Source of the DNA: a virus
DNA length: 64,000 nucleotides
Strand: one strand, 5' to 3'
IMG/VR virus record: IMGVR_UViG_3300025684_000010
Part shown: positions 1 to 8,695 of the stretch, piece by piece
Position numbering within the stretch: position 1 is the stretch's first letter
How the letters are laid out: the number at the start of each line of letters is the position of its first letter
The notes under the pieces: generated by a model
What the model saw: the letters and a program-made list of their open reading frames with translations, nothing else
Databases searched by the model: none
Told to the model about the DNA's origin: nothing
Program-made: the position numbers and the translations under genes

Positions 1-107
1 GATTAACAAAGGAACTAAATGATAAGTTCTCTGTAGGTTTTTATGTTGGCCAAGATTTAGTGGCTGACAGTAATTACTATGCCTTTAGCGTAAGCGCAAG
101 TCTGTAA
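1..107 (+). CDS. C-terminal fragment of a probable outer-membrane beta-barrel/porin-like protein (runs off left edge)
   Basis: Frame 3 reads LTKELNDKFSVGFYVGQDLVADSNYYAFSVSASL* with an alternating amphipathic beta pattern; stop at 105-107 followed by a terminator. Confidence 0.45.
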   Translation, partial: LTKELNDKFSVGFYVGQDLVADSNYYAFSVSASL

Positions 108-124
108 TTATAACCAAACAAATC

Positions 125-148
125 GGGGACCGAAAGGTCCCCTTTTTT
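125..148 (+). terminator. Rho-independent terminator, probably bidirectional
   Basis: GGGGAC-CGAAAG-GTCCCC then T6; A-rich run on the other side; lies between convergent genes. Confidence 0.85.
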
Positions 149-155
149 GTCTCTT

Positions 156-476
156 TTATTTCTTGGAGTAAGCCTGTGCACCAAAGAAGGCAGCAACAAT
201 ACCAGCAACAGCAACAAAGTAAGTAGGAGCCATTGAACCCAAAGTCTTTTGAGCTTCATCAAGTCCAACCAACGACGCAAGTACTACTGCAAACGGATAT
301 AACAATAATCCACCTAAAGCAAACCATGTCATTTTACGTTGTGCATCTCGCATAGCATCTGCATCATCGAGTTCTTTTCGTTTAAACTCTAAGTACATTG
401 CTTGTTCTTCTTTAGATACCTTACCGTCTCCGTTAGTATCAGCAGGATGATGGATCTTTTCTAATTCGTCACTCAT
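156..476 (-). CDS. Small membrane protein with an N-terminal EF-hand-like loop and two TM helices
   Basis: DTNGDGKVSKEE matches the DxDxDGxIxxxE loop; true start likely ATG at 476 (overlaps upstream stop, TAATG). Confidence 0.65.
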   Translation of the reverse strand: MSDELEKIHHPADTNGDGKVSKEEQAMYLEFKRKELDDADAMRDAQRKMTWFALGGLLLYPFAVVLASLVGLDEAQKTLGSMAPTYFVAVAGIVAAFFGAQAYSKK

Positions 477-631
477 TAGTCTTCCTTCTTCCATATAGTC
501 CATGCACCGTATGCAATAAGACCCCAACCAATTAAACTCGTTGGTATTAATATCATAACAATACCACCGCCAATAGCTACCACTCCATCTAATGAAGTTC
601 TTTCCTTCAATCTATCTTTAATAAAATCCAC
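476..631 (-). CDS. 51-aa two-TM membrane protein (not in ORF track)
   Basis: GTG start preceded by strong SD GGAGGTGA; MDFIKDRLKERTSLDGVVAIGGGIVMILIPTSLIGWGLIAYGAWTIWKKED. Confidence 0.7.
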   Translation of the reverse strand: MDFIKDRLKERTSLDGVVAIGGGIVMILIPTSLIGWGLIAYGAWTIWKKED

Positions 632-655
632 TTGATCACCTCCTTTTCTTTTTGT

Positions 656-982
656 TTATAATTCTTTTTTGAAACCGACAGAAACACCACAACCGCATTG
701 AGTTTCCTCTAATGGATTAATAATTTTAAACTGTTCGGTTAAACCAACCTTTATAAAATCTAATGTGGCATTTTTAAAGTAAGGTTGACTTTCCTTATCT
801 ATTACAATACTGAAATTAGAAAATTCTTTTATATAATCTTCGACAGTAACTGTATCGTCCCAATCAAAAGTATACTCATAACCGTTACAGCCACTAGGCT
901 TAACACCAATTCGTATAAGTGTTTCGCCATCTGCCTCTGCTTTCTTAGTCGCTTGAGATATTGCTGCATCAGTTAAGTTCAC
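656..982 (-). CDS. iscA: IscA/HesB-family A-type Fe-S cluster carrier
   Basis: RIGVKPSGCNGYEY and C-terminal CGCGVS motifs. Confidence 0.9.
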   Translation of the reverse strand: MNLTDAAISQATKKAEADGETLIRIGVKPSGCNGYEYTFDWDDTVTVEDYIKEFSNFSIVIDKESQPYFKNATLDFIKVGLTEQFKIINPLEETQCGCGVSVGFKKEL

Positions 983-1350
983 TTCCGTTTCTTTTCAATT
1001 TTATCAAGTCTTTCATTGATACCATTGATTAATTCCTTAAGTTCAGTAGCACCACCTTCCGCAACTGGAGCATGAGCAATTGATTCTAGAAATGTGATTC
1101 TTGTTTCTAAACTATCAATCTTAGCAACAACCTTAGGGTATTTCTTTCTCCATAGATCTGGGTCAGTTTGTAACCATGTCCATCCCCAGCGAATTGCTAA
1201 CATCTCTAAAAAAGAATCAAACTTGGCAACTCCCCATTGAGCAGCTCTTGTATCTTTGAACCAGAATAGAAACGCAGCACCAGTTATTGACCCAAGGATT
1301 GCTGTATAGATCCATAGCGTATCGTCCGTTAGTCTCTCTAATATGTCCAT
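979..1350 (-). CDS. Hypothetical membrane protein with C-terminal coiled coil
   Basis: N-terminal TM helix; translationally coupled to neighbours. Confidence 0.6.
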   Translation of the reverse strand: MDILERLTDDTLWIYTAILGSITGAAFLFWFKDTRAAQWGVAKFDSFLEMLAIRWGWTWLQTDPDLWRKKYPKVVAKIDSLETRITFLESIAHAPVAEGGATELKELINGINERLDKIEKKRK

Positions 1351-2099
1351 TAGTTTTCCTTAGTATATTTTGTATAGTTATCCATTGAGTGGTCAGTAAG
1401 GCCGTCAAAAGGCTTTAGTTTAATCCACGAAGTAACGATACCTCTTAATTTGTCTTTCAGTTTTCTCCACCAAGCAAGGTTCTTAATAATACCATTATAA
1501 TTAAAATACATAACTTGCCCATGATGGCGGTATCCCATAAACCAAGGTGGTATAACAGTTACGAGGTCATTGTTATTTACAAAACGATAATGTTCAAGAT
1601 CAGCGCATTCTTTTACAAATTTTCCGTTACCGACTCTTGGTGATCCAAAAGTATATAGAACGGGTTTGTATTCCATTAATCGAGACCCAGCAATTGTTGC
1701 CATGGCTCCACCTAATGAATGTCCACATATACTTAATCTTTTGGTTTTGAGTTGTTTACCGATTACCTTTAATACGTCTTCCCAGATATCATCGATTTCT
1801 GTTTGGAATCCATTATGTACCCAACCACCAACCTGCGCTTTATCAGGCCAGATGTTAAGGTCTGCTTTGAGATCGTTGATTTCTGTTGGTTCGGTTCCTC
1901 TACAGCATAAAACAAATTCTTCTTTGTTCCATACACAATGAGCTTGTGCACCGTCGTGGTCAATAAAGATATGACCAGTATATCCAAGAGCTTTAAAATC
2001 TCTTTTTGCTATAGGTCCGTCTTCGTAGGCAATCTTTGCCATTTCTGCTTTAAGAATGGCTTCACTTTTTACATCACAAAATTGTACTTCTTTTTTCAT
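1350..2099 (-). CDS. Class 3 lipase (alpha/beta hydrolase)
   Basis: CRGTE, VHNGF, GHSLGG nucleophile elbow, TFGSPRVGN, NNNDLV, terminal H(SMDNY). Confidence 0.9.
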   Translation of the reverse strand: MKKEVQFCDVKSEAILKAEMAKIAYEDGPIAKRDFKALGYTGHIFIDHDGAQAHCVWNKEEFVLCCRGTEPTEINDLKADLNIWPDKAQVGGWVHNGFQTEIDDIWEDVLKVIGKQLKTKRLSICGHSLGGAMATIAGSRLMEYKPVLYTFGSPRVGNGKFVKECADLEHYRFVNNNDLVTVIPPWFMGYRHHGQVMYFNYNGIIKNLAWWRKLKDKLRGIVTSWIKLKPFDGLTDHSMDNYTKYTKEN

Positions 2100-2138
2100 A
2101 TGAGCTCCATGTGGATATATACAATTGAGTTATGCAAT

Positions 2139-2150
2139 TATTTATAAATA
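2139..2150. promoter_or_regulatory. Back-to-back T4-type late promoters (palindrome TATTTATAAATA)
   Basis: TATAAATA on both strands (2143-2150 +, 2139-2146 -) between divergent lipase and heme oxygenase genes. Confidence 0.7.
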
Positions 2151-2197
2151 GTTTCGTATACTACTAACAGATTTATTATTTAAACAAAGGTGAAAGA

Positions 2198-2815
2198 ATG
2201 TCAAACAACTTAAAAGAACTAACCCGCGCTCATCATGATAACGCAGAAAGAACAGAATTTGCAGATTTGTTATTAAGCGGTGAGATTAGTCCTAAACTAT
2301 ACCAAGAATACCTGCATGCTCAACTGCAGAACTATAGAGCTTTAGAAGGTGCGGTTTCTGTACCTATGGAACTAGAGCCTATCTTTAGATCAACCGCAAT
2401 AGAAGAAGATCTCCAAGAAATCGAATCTCTATATGATTTAGAAGAAATCGAAGATGATCTTCAGTCAACCAGAGAATACGTTAAACACATTCATACTTTA
2501 TCAGAAGACGGAAATAACGATGGCCTGATTGCCCATTTATATGTTCGTCATTTCGGTGATGCACATGGTGGTCAAATTATTAAACGTAATGTTCCTGGGT
2601 CAGGTCTTATGTATGAATTTGAAGATCGTAGAGAACTCATTGCATTAACGAGAGAACTGTTACACGACGGTATGGAAGCAGAAGCAAAGAACTGCTTTGA
2701 ATACGCAGAGAGATTGTTCCACGAATTAATTGAAAGGTTCCATAACAATCCAGAAGAATACGAATCAGAGAATTACGCTTTGGCTCGAAAGATGGGTACC
2801 TTCGAGGAAGAGTAA
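2198..2815 (+). CDS. hemO: Heme oxygenase (HemO/Ho1-like)
   Basis: LKELTRAHHDNAE proximal-His region and AHLYVRHFGDAHGGQII distal helix motif; adjacent to a bilin reductase. Confidence 0.88.
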   Translation: MSNNLKELTRAHHDNAERTEFADLLLSGEISPKLYQEYLHAQLQNYRALEGAVSVPMELEPIFRSTAIEEDLQEIESLYDLEEIEDDLQSTREYVKHIHTLSEDGNNDGLIAHLYVRHFGDAHGGQIIKRNVPGSGLMYEFEDRRELIALTRELLHDGMEAEAKNCFEYAERLFHELIERFHNNPEEYESENYALARKMGTFEEE

Positions 2816-3513
2816 TGATTGTTGATTCGGAACTATTCGACCAGTTAAGAAACCTTGCCGCAACGTTAATTAACGACTTTGACTCCTCAATGGATCGAGT
2901 TGAGAACAAAAACCATACGGCTGACCTTGAAGGCTGGAAAGATTACTTTTGGGAAAGCGATACGATTCGTAAAGCCCATCTTAAAACAATTGAACCTGTT
3001 GGAAAGAATAAGTTATGGTTAATGCATATCAATATCTTTCCAAGGGAACATGTTGATCTGCCTATCTTCGGATTAGATATTGTTGCGAATCCTAAAAAGA
3101 TTAGCGGTTGCTTTTGTGACTACTCTCCAATAGATGTTCTTCACAATGATAAACATCCGTATATGATTAAGTTTAGAACTGCGACCGAAGGCCTTGAATG
3201 GAAGAAAGAAAGAGTAATGCCAGATTGGGCGTTAGAGATCTTTTCGGAAAACATTGTAGGTGCTGGTGCAATTCGTTCTGGTGAAGAAACGGAACAACTT
3301 GTTAACATGGCTTTGGAACTATCAAGATTCTATACAATGGAGATGGACAATCCTCAATACACTAAGAGATGGATTAATACTCTTGAACGACAGAATAAGT
3401 ATTGTGAAAAACAAAAACTTAATAGAATGCTTCATAGTTCAATTTTGGCAATGGGAATAACCGAGGAACGTAAGAATCAATACGTAGAAAACGTACTCTT
3501 TCAGGAAGTCTAA
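2815..3513 (+). CDS. Ferredoxin-dependent bilin reductase, PcyA/PcyX-like
   Basis: RKAHL..., LMH(71), LPIFGLD(88)IVANP, CDYSP, PDWALEIFS align to PcyA His74/His88/Asp105 region; Q(N)KYC..QKLN C-terminal motif. Confidence 0.88.
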   Translation: MIVDSELFDQLRNLAATLINDFDSSMDRVENKNHTADLEGWKDYFWESDTIRKAHLKTIEPVGKNKLWLMHINIFPREHVDLPIFGLDIVANPKKISGCFCDYSPIDVLHNDKHPYMIKFRTATEGLEWKKERVMPDWALEIFSENIVGAGAIRSGEETEQLVNMALELSRFYTMEMDNPQYTKRWINTLERQNKYCEKQKLNRMLHSSILAMGITEERKNQYVENVLFQEV

Positions 3514-3651
3514 CCTATAACGAAATGTAATATAATCTATTACTAAATATAATATAAATTTATAGTGGTTTTTTCTTCAACTCTGTATATATATTTTCTG
3601 TTACAGACGGTAACATAAATTTGTTTAATATATACCTCAAGAAGGAGAGAA

Positions 3652-3801
3652 ATGACCACTTATGCATTGATTGCTGGTTACGAAAGATTAAAAGAAAATG
3701 AAAAAGTATGTAAATTTTGTGAGATCACAAAAGCCTTGTCGCTGATTACATTCCCCATCGTCCTACCGTTCTTCATCATTATAATGTCGACATATTCTTA
3801 A
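3652..3801 (+). CDS. 49-aa CxxC + single-TM protein (not in ORF track)
   Basis: SD AAGGAGA; MTTYALIAGYERLKENEKVCKFCEITKALSLITFPIVLPFFIIIMSTYS. Confidence 0.65.
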   Translation: MTTYALIAGYERLKENEKVCKFCEITKALSLITFPIVLPFFIIIMSTYS

Positions 3802-3809
3802 TAAATAGA

Positions 3810-3838
3810 TTGACATCTGACTAAAAACTTGTTATAAT
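3810..3838 (+). promoter_or_regulatory. sigma70 early promoter
   Basis: TTGACA-17-TATAAT. Confidence 0.85.
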
Positions 3839-3842
3839 AGAT

Positions 3843-3888
3843 CTGTTCAACAATAAAAGGGAAACCTTTGTGTTGAGCGGATTTATTT
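3843..3888 (+). terminator. Long GAAA-capped hairpin (terminator or short RNA)
   Basis: CTGTTCAAC..AAAGG-GAAA-CCTTT..GTTGAGCGG then ATTTATTT. Confidence 0.55.
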
Positions 3889-3908
3889 ACACAAAACAAA
3901 AATAACCA

Positions 3909-3937
3909 TTGACATACACAGCAAACTGTTGTATAAT
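3909..3937 (+). promoter_or_regulatory. sigma70 early promoter
   Basis: TTGACA-17-TATAAT. Confidence 0.85.
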
Positions 3938-3984
3938 AGTCTAACAAATCAAATACAACATTTTAAAAATTAACAAAAAAACTA

Positions 3985-4013
3985 TTGACATATCCTGGCA
4001 ACTAGTATATAAT
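3985..4013 (+). promoter_or_regulatory. sigma70 early promoter
   Basis: TTGACA-17-TATAAT immediately upstream of gp33. Confidence 0.85.
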
Positions 4014-4024
4014 ATAAGGTATAC

Positions 4025-4300
4025 ATGACTAAAAAAGAAACTAAGGAAAAACTTGATATGTCCGTTGTTGCTTTAACACCAGATAAAATCCACCACGAAA
4101 TAAGTATACACATCTCGAATGGCGTACCATATATTGATGCGCTTGTTGATTACTCTGAGAAGAATGGTATTGAAATTGAGACTATCGCACAAATCGTAAA
4201 GAAGAGTTCGGTGTTGAAAGAAAAGATACGGACTGAGGCAGTTAGTTTAAGAATGGTGAAGAAAGAAGATGAACAAGATATCACAGACTTTAGTAAGTGA
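4025..4300 (+). CDS. 33: Late-transcription coactivator gp33
   Basis: YIDALVDYSEKNGIEIETIAQIVKKSSVLKEKIRTEA; T4 synteny 33-59-32. Confidence 0.85.
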   Translation: MTKKETKEKLDMSVVALTPDKIHHEISIHISNGVPYIDALVDYSEKNGIEIETIAQIVKKSSVLKEKIRTEAVSLRMVKKEDEQDITDFSK

Positions 4301-4874
4301 TGATTCGTTTAACGCGTACGTTAAATTTCTGGCACTAAAGAAACATTTTACGACGGAGAGTTACGATTACTTTAAATATAATGGCAAAGTACGAGCAAAC
4401 CGCGAAACCTTTATGGCTCGCAACGATGCTTATTCTTTTGCTAAATTGGCAAAGAAAGATGATTACATTAATTTAATTATGAGTAATCTTTTAATAAATA
4501 AAAATATCTGGGTTCGAGATCTACTCGACAGTGAAGGAGAAGCCAGATACACGAATTGGAGGAAGAGGGTAGAATCGTTAGGTTATATCTTCAAATCCGA
4601 GCTTGCTCATCTTGATGATGAATACAAGCGAAACTTTATATCAAGAGATGGACAACATCCTTTGTTAATGACATTGTTGTTACAAAAGAAGATTAGTTTG
4701 GAAACATTTACTATTCTTGCTCACAGTGCGAATATATTTTCATACTGGCAAGAAAAAGTAGTTGACAAACACGTATCTTTTGATATAATAAACAAATCTA
4801 AAAAGTATAAACCCTTTTTGGATTTTAACGCAGATCGGTTTAAGAAAATAATCAAAGACCGTTTTGTATTGTAA
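4269..4874 (+). CDS. 59: Helicase loader gp59
   Basis: YVKFLALKKHFTTESYDYFKYNGKVRA N-terminus; synteny. Confidence 0.9.
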   Translation: MNKISQTLVSDDSFNAYVKFLALKKHFTTESYDYFKYNGKVRANRETFMARNDAYSFAKLAKKDDYINLIMSNLLINKNIWVRDLLDSEGEARYTNWRKRVESLGYIFKSELAHLDDEYKRNFISRDGQHPLLMTLLLQKKISLETFTILAHSANIFSYWQEKVVDKHVSFDIINKSKKYKPFLDFNADRFKKIIKDRFVL

Positions 4875-4914
4875 TATTACGCAAATAAATCGCTATATAA
4901 CAGGAGAACTAATT

Positions 4915-5841
4915 ATGGCACTAACAGACTTTTCTTCACTCAAGAAGAACCGCTCGAAGACTCTCGACAAGTTGAATTCACAACTCGAAAAGATTTCTTC
5001 AAAATCATACTCAGATCCGAACGCAGGAAAATTTTGGAAACCAACAAGAGATAAGGCAGGTAATGGCTTCGCAGTCATTAGATTCCTACCAGCCTCTAAA
5101 GGTGAAGAAATGCCTTTCGTACGAATTTGGGATCACGGTTTCCAAGGACCAACAGGCCTTTGGTATATCGAGAACTCGTTAACCACCTTAAATCAGGATG
5201 ACCCAGTATCAGAGTTTAACTCTAAGCTATGGAACTCTGGTGTTGAAGCTGATAAAGAACAAGCACGTAAACAGAAGCGCAGGCTGAAGTATACTGCTAA
5301 CGTCTATATCGTTAAAGACCCAGGCAATCCTGAGAACGAAGGTAAAGTATTCATGTATCAGTTCGGTAAGAAGATCTTTGATAAATTGAATGATCTAATG
5401 AATCCGACGTTTGAAGACGAAGAACCAACCAACCCGTTTGATTTATGGGAAGGTGCAAACTTTCGTCTAAAGATTCGTCAATTCGAAGGTTACCCGAACT
5501 ACGATAAATCTGAATTTGATCCATCCACTCCATTGTCAGACGATGATGAAGTATTGGAAAGAGTTTGGGGAGAACAACATTCTCTACAGGAATTAGTATC
5601 AGAAAGTAATTTCAAATCTTACACTGATCTAAGAACTAAATTGTATCGAGTACTTGATTTACAAAATGATGCACCGACTGCTTCGGCACCGGTTACTGAA
5701 ACGGCAGATGAATTGGATTTATCCAGTATGTCTAACGATACGTCTGAGCCAACAATGGCAACGGCAGAACCTTCAGTAGGCTCAACCGCTAGTGATGATG
5801 ATGATGACCTTAGTATTTTTAAGGAATTGGCACGTAGTTAA
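4915..5841 (+). CDS. 32: ssDNA-binding protein gp32
   Basis: FWKPTRDKAGNGFAVIRFLP, WYIENSLTTL, NYDKSEF, acidic tail; start moved to ATG 4915 after SD AGGAG. Confidence 0.97.
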   Translation: MALTDFSSLKKNRSKTLDKLNSQLEKISSKSYSDPNAGKFWKPTRDKAGNGFAVIRFLPASKGEEMPFVRIWDHGFQGPTGLWYIENSLTTLNQDDPVSEFNSKLWNSGVEADKEQARKQKRRLKYTANVYIVKDPGNPENEGKVFMYQFGKKIFDKLNDLMNPTFEDEEPTNPFDLWEGANFRLKIRQFEGYPNYDKSEFDPSTPLSDDDEVLERVWGEQHSLQELVSESNFKSYTDLRTKLYRVLDLQNDAPTASAPVTETADELDLSSMSNDTSEPTMATAEPSVGSTASDDDDDLSIFKELARS

Positions 5842-5850
5842 ACAACTGCC

Positions 5851-5875
5851 GGGGATCGCAAGGTCCCCTTTTTTT
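5851..5875 (+). terminator. Rho-independent terminator
   Basis: GGGGAT-CGCAAG-GTCCCC then T7. Confidence 0.9.
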
Positions 5876-5886
5876 AAGGAGGTCTT

Positions 5887-6171
5887 ATGACTATTGAAAA
5901 AGAAACTACAATCCTTGATTTCGATTTTGGTTTTACAGCTGTTGACGCCGATGAATTAGAAGTTGTTCAACAAGCAAAGGAAGCAGTTACTACAACCGCT
6001 GCGTCTGCTAATGCGAGCGCTGCTAAGGCCCAATTATTATATGATGCGGTAGTACCGCTATTGAATAACTTAAAAGCAAACCCCGAAAAGGATTACATCT
6101 ATTGGCCAAACCGATATGAGAAACTCGATGCGTTCGCCGATAAGTTATATACAATTCTAAGTGGAGAATAA
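5887..6171 (+). CDS. Conserved hypothetical protein
   Basis: Strong SD; DFDFGFTAVDADEL and LNNLKANPEKDYIYWPNR. Confidence 0.7.
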   Translation: MTIEKETTILDFDFGFTAVDADELEVVQQAKEAVTTTAASANASAAKAQLLYDAVVPLLNNLKANPEKDYIYWPNRYEKLDAFADKLYTILSGE

Positions 6172-6174
6172 AAT

Positions 6175-7245
6175 ATGAGTTTACTCGATAAAATGTTGAA
6201 GGCAGGTTCGGTCAAAGGATCTTCGGTTCTTTCCAAATCTAACTTCTTCCAAGCAAAGGATCCTATTAAAACAGATCTTCCTATCATTAATATTGCCTTT
6301 AGTGGTAGCCTTAACGGTGGTTTGATTCCTGGGTTAACAGTCCTAGCTGGTGTATCTAAAAGTTTCAAAACGCTTTTGGGTTTATATTGTATGAAGGCAT
6401 ACCTTGATAAGTATAAGGATGGCGTTGCTATTCTATATGATTCAGAATATGGTATTACGCCTGATTATTTAGAAAGTTTTGACATTGACATTGACCGTGT
6501 TATTCACGTGCCATTAGAAGATGTTGAGCAGTTAAAGTTTGATTTAACAAAACGTCTTGATGAAGTTAGTAAAGGCGATCATGTTATGATTCTGATTGAC
6601 TCAATTGGTAACCTTGCTTCGAAGAAAGAAGTCGAAGATGCCATGTCTGAGAAATCAGTTGCTGATATGTCGCGTGCAAAACAGATCAAGTCATTGTTCC
6701 GTATTGTTACACCTAAGCTGACTACACGTGATATTCCTTGTATCGCTATTAACCATGTATATCAGGAGATGGGATTATTTCCAAAAGCTGTTGTATCTGG
6801 TGGTACAGGTATTATGTATAGTGCAAACCAAGTATTCATTATTGGTAAAGCTCAGCAAAAGGATGGCAAAGATCTAGAAGGTTTCAAGTTTACTATTAAT
6901 ATTGAAAAGTCAAGATACGTTAAGGAAAAATCAAAACTTCCTTTCACTGTATTATTTGATAAAGGTATTCAGAAATGGTCATCGTTAATGGAATTGGCTT
7001 TGGAGTCAGGACATCTTGATTCTAAAACTCAAGGCTGGTATAACGAAATCAATATGGATACTGGTGAAGTACTTGAACCTAAACGCAGAGCTAAGGATAT
7101 TGAAAAGGACGATGCATTCTTTGAACGTCTAATTGCATGTCCAAAGTTTAATGAATACGTAGAACGCAAGTTTAAATTAAATGCAGCAGTAATGGGAGAT
7201 AATAATGTTAGAGAAGACGATCTTATCGAATCTGATACTGAATGA
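6175..7245 (+). CDS. uvsX: RecA-like recombinase UvsX
   Basis: AGVSKSFKT Walker A variant, YDSEYG, IDSIGNL, VVSGGTG. Confidence 0.96.
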   Translation: MSLLDKMLKAGSVKGSSVLSKSNFFQAKDPIKTDLPIINIAFSGSLNGGLIPGLTVLAGVSKSFKTLLGLYCMKAYLDKYKDGVAILYDSEYGITPDYLESFDIDIDRVIHVPLEDVEQLKFDLTKRLDEVSKGDHVMILIDSIGNLASKKEVEDAMSEKSVADMSRAKQIKSLFRIVTPKLTTRDIPCIAINHVYQEMGLFPKAVVSGGTGIMYSANQVFIIGKAQQKDGKDLEGFKFTINIEKSRYVKEKSKLPFTVLFDKGIQKWSSLMELALESGHLDSKTQGWYNEINMDTGEVLEPKRRAKDIEKDDAFFERLIACPKFNEYVERKFKLNAAVMGDNNVREDDLIESDTE

Positions 7246-8650
7246 GGATTTTTGCCGTAAGGTATTTCCATATTTAAAAGATGATTATTTCGATGATTTA
7301 GTTCTTCGTAGCGTATTTGAAACGGCTTCGGACTACTTGGAAAAGTACAAGGAGCCACCTTCATTAGAAGCTCTCAAGATTGCTGTTGATAAAAGAAAGG
7401 ATCTATCGGAAGATACGTATCAGGGTGTACACCAATTAGTTGACAGTATGTCAATTGATACGGACACTCAATTAGATTTCTTACTTGATGAAACTGAAAA
7501 GTTCTGTCAGGACAAAGATCTATATAATAGTATACGTAAATCCATTATGATCCTTGATGGCCAAGACTCTGAACTTGGCAAAGGAGAAATTCCAAAACTG
7601 TTATCCGATTCGTTGGGTATCAGTTTTGACTCTTCTGTCGGTCATGACTTCCTTGAAGATGTTGACGATCGTTATGAGCATTATCATCGCAAAGAAGAAC
7701 GCATTCCGTTCGATATAGAAATCTTAAACAAAATTACAAAAGGTGGCATACCTCGTAAATCTATGACTGTCTTGTTGGCAACAACAGGTGGTGGTAAGTC
7801 TTTACTTAAATGTCACATGGCAGCAAATCATTTGATGTTTGGTAAGAACGTATTATACATTACAATGGAAATGGCTGCAGAAGAAATCGGTCGTCGTATT
7901 GACGCAAACATTATGGATATTACACTCGACGAAGTTGCTGAAATACCTCGTGATGTATTTGAAAAACGAATGGCTCGATTAAAAGGCAAGACAACAGGCA
8001 AACTCATTGTGAAGGAGTTTCCAACAGGTTCTGCTCATAGCGGTCACTTCCGCCATCTGCTTAACGAATTGAAACTCAAAAAGAACTTTTCTCCTGATAT
8101 TATCTTTCTTGATTACTTGAACATCTGTTCATCTGCTCGAGTTAAAGGTGCAGCTGCAGCAAATAGTTATACTTTAGTAAAATCAATTGCAGAAGAAGTA
8201 CGTGGATTGGCAATGGAATACAATTGTGCAATCGTTACCTCTTCTCAGTATAATCGTGATGCGTATGGTAACTCTGACGTTGATCTAACAAATACATCTG
8301 AGTCAATGGGTATTACTCATACTGCTGACTGTATATTAGGTTTGGTCAGTTCTGAATATCTTGACGAAATGAATCAACTTATGATTAAACAGTTGAAGAA
8401 TCGTTGGGGAGACATCAGTTACTACCGTCGATTCCTTGTAGGTATTGAACGAGCAAAGATGAAGATCTATGAACTCGAAGAATCTGCCCAAGAGAATATT
8501 AATCTCGAGTCTCCATCTGGGGGTGGTGGGCAACATGCAAAAAAGAACTGGGATGATAGTTCGCCAGTCTTTGATAAGACCGACATTGGTATGAGACTGA
8601 ACAAACGCAAACCAGGCCAGAAAGTTTTTGGAGATGTTGCTTTAACTTAA
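7205..8650 (+). CDS. 41: Replicative helicase gp41
   Basis: ATTGGGKS Walker A, ITMEMAAE, DYLNIC, NTSESMG, QLKNRWG. Confidence 0.96.
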   Translation: MLEKTILSNLILNEDFCRKVFPYLKDDYFDDLVLRSVFETASDYLEKYKEPPSLEALKIAVDKRKDLSEDTYQGVHQLVDSMSIDTDTQLDFLLDETEKFCQDKDLYNSIRKSIMILDGQDSELGKGEIPKLLSDSLGISFDSSVGHDFLEDVDDRYEHYHRKEERIPFDIEILNKITKGGIPRKSMTVLLATTGGGKSLLKCHMAANHLMFGKNVLYITMEMAAEEIGRRIDANIMDITLDEVAEIPRDVFEKRMARLKGKTTGKLIVKEFPTGSAHSGHFRHLLNELKLKKNFSPDIIFLDYLNICSSARVKGAAAANSYTLVKSIAEEVRGLAMEYNCAIVTSSQYNRDAYGNSDVDLTNTSESMGITHTADCILGLVSSEYLDEMNQLMIKQLKNRWGDISYYRRFLVGIERAKMKIYELEESAQENINLESPSGGGGQHAKKNWDDSSPVFDKTDIGMRLNKRKPGQKVFGDVALT

Positions 8651-8657
8651 GTATCTG

Positions 8658-8665
8658 TATAAATA
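8658..8665 (+). promoter_or_regulatory. T4-type late promoter
   Basis: TATAAATA 30 bp upstream of ORF 8696. Confidence 0.7.
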
Positions 8666-8695
8666 ACTCTATAGATTAATTTTAATAGGTAACAG

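Noticed and set aside
156-527. ORF-track start at 527 for the EF-hand protein
   Set aside because: The extension overlaps a better-supported 51-aa gene (476-631, GGAGGTGA SD); TAATG coupling supports a start at 476
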